A stretch of DNA of 64,000 nucleotides from Naegleria gruberi (taxonomy: Eukaryota), in NCBI GenBank assembly GCA_000004985.1, contig GG738921.1; one strand, given 5' to 3'. Within the stretch, counting starts at the first letter, position 1, and each line of letters begins with the position of its first letter. The notes beneath the pieces were generated by a model that had not been told where the DNA came from, searched no databases, and saw only the letters and a list, made by a program, of their open reading frames with translations. Of this stretch, positions 57,092 to 64,000 are shown one piece after another. The position numbers and the translations under genes are program-made.

Positions 57092-58089
57092 ATGGTTGCA
57101 TTCGTGTTGGGTTGTTTGAAATTAGAGGAGGCCAATAAGAATACCTGGTATTATAGAAGGTTTATTGCTAAAGAGACAGTTGATAATATTGATAAGGAAA
57201 CTTCCAAAACCAAATTAATATCACCAAATAATGAATTAGAAGAAGAGCAAGTTCAAGAGCCAATTATTGTTAAGGAATCCATGTTACAGAAATTCAAGAA
57301 TAAGTTTAACAATTTCAAAAGTCATGAAATGTTATCATCTCCAATTCCATTGCTGACATGTTTCCTCTACTTGATGTTGGGATCGAAACAAATCTTATTT
57401 GACGAATGTTTACCTCTCTTTTCAGTTACACCAAAAGAGTTGGGAGGATTAGGATTATCTTCATATCATCTTGGTTGTAAGTTTACAATTTTTGTAATTC
57501 TATAGAAATTAACTTTTACTTTCACATTTCAATAATTAACATGCAAATAGTAACTGGTGGATTTTTAGGATTTATCATATTTATGAATCAGGCATTCATC
57601 ACACCACGTGTTATTGCCAAATTCAGTCCATTGATTTGCTATAGGGTGAGTCTTGTTGTGGATATTGCATTCAATGTAATCTTTCCTGAAGTTATTTGGT
57701 TAATGGTTAGTGAACATGATCCAATTTGGAGACATGTATTGTTCTGGTTTGTTTTCGTATTCATTCTCCTATTAAGACAAGTTTCTAATGGGTACAGTTT
57801 CTTGGGAACTTTACTCATTACAAATAACAGTGTAACCCGAAAGAATTCTGGAAAATTGAATGGAACTTCTCAATCATTGGTTTCACTTTCGAGAATGATT
57901 AGTCCGATTGTTGGTGGGGCTATCTTTGCTAGCTCAACAGCTGTCTCTAAATTTCCAATTGACCATCGCACGGTGTTTTATGTTGTTGGTATAATAAGTG
58001 TAATTATGTTTTTCCTTTCATTGATTTTGAAAAAGTCAATCAATAAGCCAAAGGAAGAAGTTAAAGTGAATGAGGTAGCAAAAAAGTAA
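57092..58089 (+). CDS. C-terminal half (TM7-12 plus central loop) of an MFS transporter; no N-terminal half present upstream; exons 57092..57476 and 57551..58089
   Basis: Intron 57477..57550 (74 nt, GTAAGT..AAATAG) joins ORFs 57092..57505 and 57541..58089. Six predicted helices with MFS-like loop motifs. The upstream 500 nt abut the ADH gene on the opposite strand. Confidence 0.45.
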
Positions 58090-58191
58090 AGTCTGTCAAT
58101 TTTGGAGAAACTCTTCTTTTAGCTAATTTCCAGAATGTTGTAATCGGTAGGGAATTTCGAATACATTATTCGAATTCCAACATTAAAAAAA

Positions 58192-59118
58192 ATGGTCAAT
58201 TCTCATTGTTATTCTTTTCGTTGCGAGAATGGAGAAGGTAAATTCATTGAATTGCAGTTATCATTCTCCGAACCTGAGCATCAAATCACTCTAGCTTGTA
58301 CCTACAATTATCATAAATATTTGTTTCGTGAAGAAACTTCATCCGTCATTCATTTCAAATATTACAAGACATGTTTGATGAATAATTCAATTAAATGCAA
58401 AGTTTCTGAGAATTGCATTACCCTGAATGTGAAGGAATGTTCTGATCTGGAAGAAACTGTAAAATTTATTCTTGAGAAACAAGAAAGAAACCCAGAAGAA
58501 AAATTGAATATCATGTTTGAAGTCATGATGCAAGATATTAGAGAATTGAAGGAAAAACTTTGGTTTACAGATAAGGATTTGAACAAATTCTCAGAAAAGT
58601 ATATTTCCAATTGGAATAGTTTAACAAATAACTATTCGAAAAACGTTGACAATCCTTCTATTAGAAAAAACCAAGATTCTAATTATGATGTAAAGAATTA
58701 TGCAGTTAATACTTCAGGTTTTAAGGCTAATGGATATACGAAAGGTTGTCGTGAAGAAAATTTGGAACCTATTGTCATTTACTTTAAACAAAAAGTGGAA
58801 TTCTCAAAGATTGAATTCATTGTGAATGCTCCAGGTAAGAAAGAAGACCCAATTGCAATTTATATCTATGGTGTGTTTAAACCTCAAGGATTTATTAGAA
58901 AAATGGAGGAATCAGGTTCAAGTTCTGGAACTTCTGAACCAAAAGAAGAATTCATCATCATGCCAAAATTGGAGCAACTTGTTAAGGAAGATTGTAAACA
59001 ATCAGATATTGTTTCGGTTAGTTTAAATCTCAGTAATTGCTACGATGGTATTGGAATTGCAGTTAGAAAGGATAAGACTGCCATCTCTTATAGCTTGACT
59101 GATGTCAGAATTTATTAA
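58192..59118 (+). CDS. Hypothetical protein (308 aa)
   Basis: Single intact ORF, no recognisable motif. Confidence 0.4.
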   Translation: MVNSHCYSFRCENGEGKFIELQLSFSEPEHQITLACTYNYHKYLFREETSSVIHFKYYKTCLMNNSIKCKVSENCITLNVKECSDLEETVKFILEKQERNPEEKLNIMFEVMMQDIRELKEKLWFTDKDLNKFSEKYISNWNSLTNNYSKNVDNPSIRKNQDSNYDVKNYAVNTSGFKANGYTKGCREENLEPIVIYFKQKVEFSKIEFIVNAPGKKEDPIAIYIYGVFKPQGFIRKMEESGSSSGTSEPKEEFIIMPKLEQLVKEDCKQSDIVSVSLNLSNCYDGIGIAVRKDKTAISYSLTDVRIY

Positions 59119-59157
59119 ATATCCTTTCGAATAGATTTTATTAGCACCAAACTATTC

Positions 59158-59982
59158 TTACTTTTGCAAATTAGTGAATGATTTTCTAAATATTCTAATA
59201 AATTCGTTATGAACTTGTGCATCTCCCATTTCCATAACATATAAAACTGCATTACTTCCAGAAATATCCAAATTATTCTTCTCGACATACTCATTTGAGA
59301 ATTCGTATAATTGTTTGAAAATCTCAAGATATTGCTCTTCCATAACCGATCTATTAGCAATCTGAACAGCAATCTCCAACTCTTCCCTATTCAAATCATT
59401 ACAATACATTGGACCACCCATTTGTTGTTTCCATGAATCAGCCAAAGAACCAATATCAACCGCATCGAATCCTAAATCTTCAATTATATTCGAAACCAAT
59501 TGCTTACTTTTCAAACTATCACCAGAAACTGGAATTGCAACTCTGTTTGGAGCATTTTGAATGCCTCCTTTTGATTTTAAGCTGAAATCTGTAATATTGT
59601 TAAAGGCCTTAATCATTGGACGATTAAAGTAGTGAGAAATCCATTCGGTGTGGTTTAGTTTCCCATTTTGAATTTCCTCAATGGGGCCATCTCTAGATGG
59701 GTTATAATTACACGTATCGACAATTACGACATTTTCCAATGCGCTTTCGAATAATTGTCTATCCAATTGAAAAACTCCTTTCGTTGGAATGGTCAGAATG
59801 ATTAGTTGTGCATTTTTCACAACTTCTGCAACTGGGAGAGCAGTGGCGCCAGTTTCACTTTCGACTTGTTTCAAAGTTTCTGGACCTCTTGAGTTTGAAA
59901 TTCTAACAGAATGACCGAGTTGGGTGAAAGATTTCGCCAAGAAAGCACCAATTCTGCCAGCACCAATAATACCAATTTGCAT
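59158..59982 (-). CDS. NADP-dependent oxidoreductase of the bacterial COG2085 / F420-dependent NADP reductase (NpdG-like) family
   Basis: N-terminal Rossmann MQIGIIGAGRIGAFLAKSFTQLGHSV; overall 274-aa layout typical of predicted dinucleotide-binding enzymes of prokaryotes; intronless. Confidence 0.7.
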   Translation of the reverse strand: MQIGIIGAGRIGAFLAKSFTQLGHSVRISNSRGPETLKQVESETGATALPVAEVVKNAQLIILTIPTKGVFQLDRQLFESALENVVIVDTCNYNPSRDGPIEEIQNGKLNHTEWISHYFNRPMIKAFNNITDFSLKSKGGIQNAPNRVAIPVSGDSLKSKQLVSNIIEDLGFDAVDIGSLADSWKQQMGGPMYCNDLNREELEIAVQIANRSVMEEQYLEIFKQLYEFSNEYVEKNNLDISGSNAVLYVMEMGDAQVHNEFIRIFRKSFTNLQK

Positions 59983-60178
59983 TTTTTTTTTGACAGTTTA
60001 CTTGAGTGAATCTATTCGATCAGCATGAGATTTTTATTCGATTTAGAAGTAGATTATGGAGAGTAAAAGTGCTCACGCAATCAATTCGCAGTAGTAGCAG
60101 TAAGTAGTAAAAGTCAATAGAACGCACGCAATTACTTGCTTTAACAATAATAAAAACAAGTTGCTGAAATCAAAAGTA

Positions 60179-60265
60179 TCCGATGAGACGGAATCGAACC
60201 GCCGACCACAGGATGACAGTTTTTCTTGCTACAGTCCCATGCTCTACCAGCTGAGCTATCATCGG
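60179..60265 (-). tRNA. tRNA-Tyr (anticodon GUA) with a 14-nt intron at the canonical 37/38 position
   Basis: Minus-strand CCGATGATAGCTCAGCTGGTAGAGCATGGGACTGTAG[caagaaaaactgtc]ATCCTGTGGTCGGCGGTTCGATTCCGTCTCATCGGA; acceptor CCGATGA/TCATCGG; matches eukaryotic tRNA-Tyr consensus. Confidence 0.8.
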
Positions 60266-60404
60266 TTGTATTTATTTATTAAAAATACCTTTTGTAAACT
60301 ATAAAAATATCTAAGGTATTAAGGTAGTTTGTTAAAGAGTGGCCGAGTTGTGTATTTGTGCAACCATGTATTGACGAACTTTATTAACGAACATTATAAA
60401 AAAA

Positions 60405-61375
60405 ATGCCACAACATGTCCATCATCACTCCCTCTCACCTTCAAGACCAGTCGTCGTTATTGATAATGGCTCGGGAATGATTAAGGTAGGATTTTCCTGT
60501 AGTGATTCTCCCAGAGCCATATTTCCAACAATAGTAGGGCATAAAAAAGAGTCATCAGATCAAAAGAAGGAAACAACCAACAATGATCTCAATAGTATCG
60601 GATCATCATTTGTTGGAGAGATGGCAATAGCTCATCGAGAATTATTGGACATAAAAAGTCCCATGGAAAATGGAATAATTTCAAATTTTGATGATATGGA
60701 AAAGATTTGTTATCATCTCTATCCGGAGTTCTTGTCACAGAACCAAGTTAGAATCCAAAGTTGGTGAGAGAAAAAACAACAGAAATATTTTTTGAAAAGT
60801 TTAAGGCCAATCAGTGATGGGACTTTGTTCGAGTGCCAGATCAGATGGTGTTGTTTTGGATGCTGGTTATACGAAATCATATGCTGTTCCAATTCTTGAA
60901 GGAATTGCATTGCCACATGCCATTCAGGTGATGNNNNNNNNNNNNNNNNNNNNNNNNNNNNNNNNNNNNNNNNNNNNNNNNNNTTCACAAAGAGGAGGTT
61001 TGAATTGTCAGATGGAAGCAAAGTGAATTTTGGAGAGGAATTAATGTCATGTCCAGAAGCTCTATTCAACCCACAGTTAATCAAAGAAGGAGAAGGAATT
61101 CACAAGATTCTCGTCAATTCCATTTTCAATTCAAATGCAGAAATCACAAGACAACTCTTTGCCAATATTGTCCTTGTCGGTGTCTCAACAATGTTTGAAG
61201 GTTTTCCCAATCATTGAATTGGCTCCTCTCTCTGTAAAAGTGAAAATCCTTTCATTCCCCGAAAGAAAACTCTTCCTGGTTTGGAGGTTCAATTACGAGC
61301 TCTCTTTCAGAATTCCACAATATGGCCATTCACAAAAAGGAATATGAAGAAGTTGGACCTAGAATTGTAATGTAG
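60405..61375 (+). CDS. Divergent actin-related protein (ARP); interrupted by a 50-N gap and at least two single-base frame breaks
   Basis: [30 protein letters not shown], ..[36 protein letters not shown], then in three different frames: [53 protein letters not shown].., ..[20 protein letters not shown].. and ..[33 protein letters not shown]. These blocks are colinear with actin. Confidence 0.6.
60934..60983. other. Assembly gap (50 N) inside the ARP gene
   Basis: n run. Confidence 1.
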
Positions 61376-61473
61376 AAATGTTTTTAATGCAAAATATGAG
61401 TGCAATGTATCAATATTTCCTGTTATCTATTTCAGACTTACCATTTTCGTTCAAGTTTTTACAAAATAAAAAA

Positions 61474-63277
61474 ATGGCGCAAGATAACACCACGGATGAA
61501 TTGAATGAATTTTTTAATGATTTATTGGAGAGCAATGTGGAAGGAGGAGATAATCCCCTCCTACAGCAACAAGAACAAGAACAACAAGATGATGAATTAT
61601 TGCATCCTATATCATGTTCCTATTGTCGGAAAAACCATCGGTACGTGTGTGGTTCTTTAGAATTATAATTAATAATATTAAATTAAATTAAATAGAAAGT
61701 GTGGTATGTAATTTATCAGCTGATGCCGATTGTGACCAGAATAATAATTACATCATAAATGATGAAATAGATAGAAAGAAGCCTTCATGTACTAATTGTG
61801 TGAGAAAGGGAGTTGTTTGTAACTATTCGGATCCATTAAAGAAGGGAAGAAAAAAGAAATCGGAAAAGGAAGTGGAGGAAATTCATGAAGAGAAGAAGAA
61901 AAATTCTTCAAAGAAAGCTGTTAGTAGTAGTAGTAGTGGAAGTAGTCATCATTCAACAACAACCTCTTCAGCAATTCCCTATAAAACAATTCATATCGAT
62001 TCCGATGATATTCTATTGAAAAGATCAACATTTGATTTATTTGGTCTATTGTACGTTGTTAGTAATTGTTTAAATAATTATTGACGATTGGAAATAGAGA
62101 TATACCAATTCAACAATCAGATTTTGAAAATTATTACAATATGGCTCAGAATGGAGTGTTAAAGGATGATGTTATTAATGCAATCTTATTTGGTTGTCAG
62201 GCTCTAATTGACCAAAGATTAGGAGATAAGGAAGCATCGAAATTATCATTTAATAAGGCAAGGAAACTCATACAACCATATTTTGATAATATTGATGATA
62301 TTAATGTAGGATGTGTCTACTTTTTATTTTGTTCGTTTGAAGCTTCAAATGCAAATTATAGAAAGGTAGCTCTATATTATAATATTTTGAAAACCTTTGT
62401 GGATGAAATTGTCAAAATGGAAAATTCCAACATCAAGTTGACAACACAAATGAAAAGGTTAAAAAGCAGGACTAGATTTATTGAAATGACTATGAGTACC
62501 TCTCAAGATATAGACTGTAATAATCCTCTAGCAATTGCCAAAATGTTTCCAAGACTGGTCTATGTTGCCACAGGAGTTGATGGATTTGCTGAACTATGTG
62601 CAAAATTAGAACATTTAGATAAGGACAGAATTGAAGAACATTTAGCTACTGTTGATTCTGTGTGCATATTCATGAACAATCATATGAGACAAATGGACGA
62701 AAGTGGTGATCGCAAAAATGTAATTGATTTAATGGGAAATATTGTTTCGAATGGAATGAAACTGGCTTCCTACCTCACAGTAGATAATGACAATTGGGAG
62801 AAGATAATGACTTACTCGACCAATATTACTACAGCAACAGAGAATCCACTCTTTGTATTTCTTCCAGCGGCTGTTGTGTCTCATGTTGCCATGGCAGCTA
62901 AACAACATTTGAGACTGTGGTCCTTAATCAGATTGGGAATGGTTTCAGATTTCTTCCAAGGAAAAAACACTCTCTCACAATTAATCTATCAAAGTTATAG
63001 AGCTCTCAGTATTCTCTCCACTCGATTCGATCGCGTCCAAAAATTCTACTCTGATCTCTATCAAGAATTGGAACACTTCATTAAGGAATACTTTACCCAA
63101 CAAAATCAACTTGATTCCACCCTTCTCAACAATACTACTATTGTTATTGATAACAACACTGCAACAACTACAAATGAACCTTTATTACCTGACCTACAAC
63201 CACCACCACCAGAAAGTTCATTCACAAGCATGCTTGATGATTCTTTCTTTTTCGATCCACCACAACATTTTGAATAA
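61474..63277 (+). CDS. Fungal-type Zn(II)2Cys6 binuclear-cluster transcription-factor-like protein; exons 61474..61651, 61696..62050, 62098..63277
   Basis: CSYCRKNHRYVC ... SCTNCVRKGVVCNYSDPLKKGRKKK (Cys cluster followed by basic region); large C-terminal regulatory-domain-like ORF. Introns 61652..61695 (44 nt) and 62051..62097 (47 nt, GTACGT..AAATAG) join three track ORFs in frame. Confidence 0.5.
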
Positions 63278-63505
63278 CTTCAACTATCTCACATTCCGAA
63301 AACGATCTCATACGCTTTCTCCTATCTAATTCTGCTTTGGGAAACGAGACACAAATTTAAAAAATCAACCATCACAGAACTCAAGATTTGTTGCCAACAC
63401 AATCCTTTCAAACAACCAATTATCAAAAACAAAAGCTTCCTCTTCCTGCCACAGGTTTTTTAATTTTCTCCAATCTAACTTTGTTGTTTTGAGTTTGGGA
63501 AGATC

Positions 63506-64000
63506 ATGGAAAGTTATTGTTCATTGGATGAAGACAAGATGATGATGTATTCAAAGAAGCCGGATAATAGTAATGATAACGATAATAGTACTGGAACACA
63601 AACATCATCAAATTGTGGATGTATTGAAAATAATAACAATGATGAAGAAGTAGAACAACAACATGCTGACCAGCAACAACAACAACAGAAAATAGATAAT
63701 GATGAATTGTTAATGGAAATGATTCTAAATAACATACTGCCTATTAATGATAGCAGTGATGATAGTATTACAGCAATATCATCATCCTCAGCAAAATTAT
63801 TATCTAATAATTATTATAATACAGAAAGTAACAATAATTTATCTACCGAAGAAGAACCATCATCATCAACAATGGAAGAAGAGCAAGCTACACTATTGGC
63901 TGATGAAGAATCTGCCAATTATAACATTATCTCTGATTCTTGCTCTACTACATCATCTAACAACTCTAATAACACAACATGCTCAACAAGCACTAATTAT
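63506..64000 (+). CDS. 5' part of an Asn/Ser/Asp-rich hypothetical gene running off the window
   Basis: ATG at 63506 followed by an open frame to the window end; low-complexity composition. Confidence 0.3.
   Translation, partial: MESYCSLDEDKMMMYSKKPDNSNDNDNSTGTQTSSNCGCIENNNNDEEVEQQHADQQQQQQKIDNDELLMEMILNNILPINDSSDDSITAISSSSAKLLSNNYYNTESNNNLSTEEEPSSSTMEEEQATLLADEESANYNIISDSCSTTSSNNSNNTTCSTSTNY

Noticed and set aside
1-64000. CRISPR arrays, prokaryotic operons and phage-like elements
   Set aside because: The sequence is clearly eukaryotic nuclear DNA (spliceosomal introns, eukaryotic tRNAs with intron, F-box/ARP/Vps53 genes). No direct-repeat/spacer arrays are present.

Overview
AT-rich nuclear DNA from a unicellular eukaryote, in the style of a dictyostelid amoeba: poly-Q/N/H codon tracts, A-rich context before ATGs, and TAA/TGA stops. 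It is gene-dense, with about 40 protein-coding genes on both strands, two intact tRNA genes, one truncated tRNA-like element and two assembly gaps (N runs). Many spliceosomal introns are unusually short (41-49 nt, GTAAGT...YAG); a few are longer (58-303 nt). Confident calls are Vps53, PheRS beta subunit, an ABCB half-transporter, a PTGR-type alkenal reductase, a CAD-type alcohol dehydrogenase, an Arf-like GTPase, tRNA-Glu(UUC) and an intron-containing tRNA-Tyr(GUA). There are five genes with F-box-like N-termini (two LRR, one giant LRR, one SPRY, one fused to a Rab-like GTPase). A protein kinase with DUF4116 repeats sits 73 nt upstream of a HEPN-motif gene. Other genes include a receptor-like TKL kinase interrupted by a gap, a PARP-like ADP-ribosyltransferase, an Rnl2-family RNA ligase, a DNMT1-RFD protein, two RCC1-like proteins, a fungal-type Zn2Cys6 regulator, an actin-related protein and a bacterial-type COG2085 oxidoreductase. 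Several genes carry single-base frame breaks, mostly at homopolymers, consistent with draft-quality sequence. A GC-rich, strongly self-complementary island lies in the intergenic region upstream of the ABC transporter.
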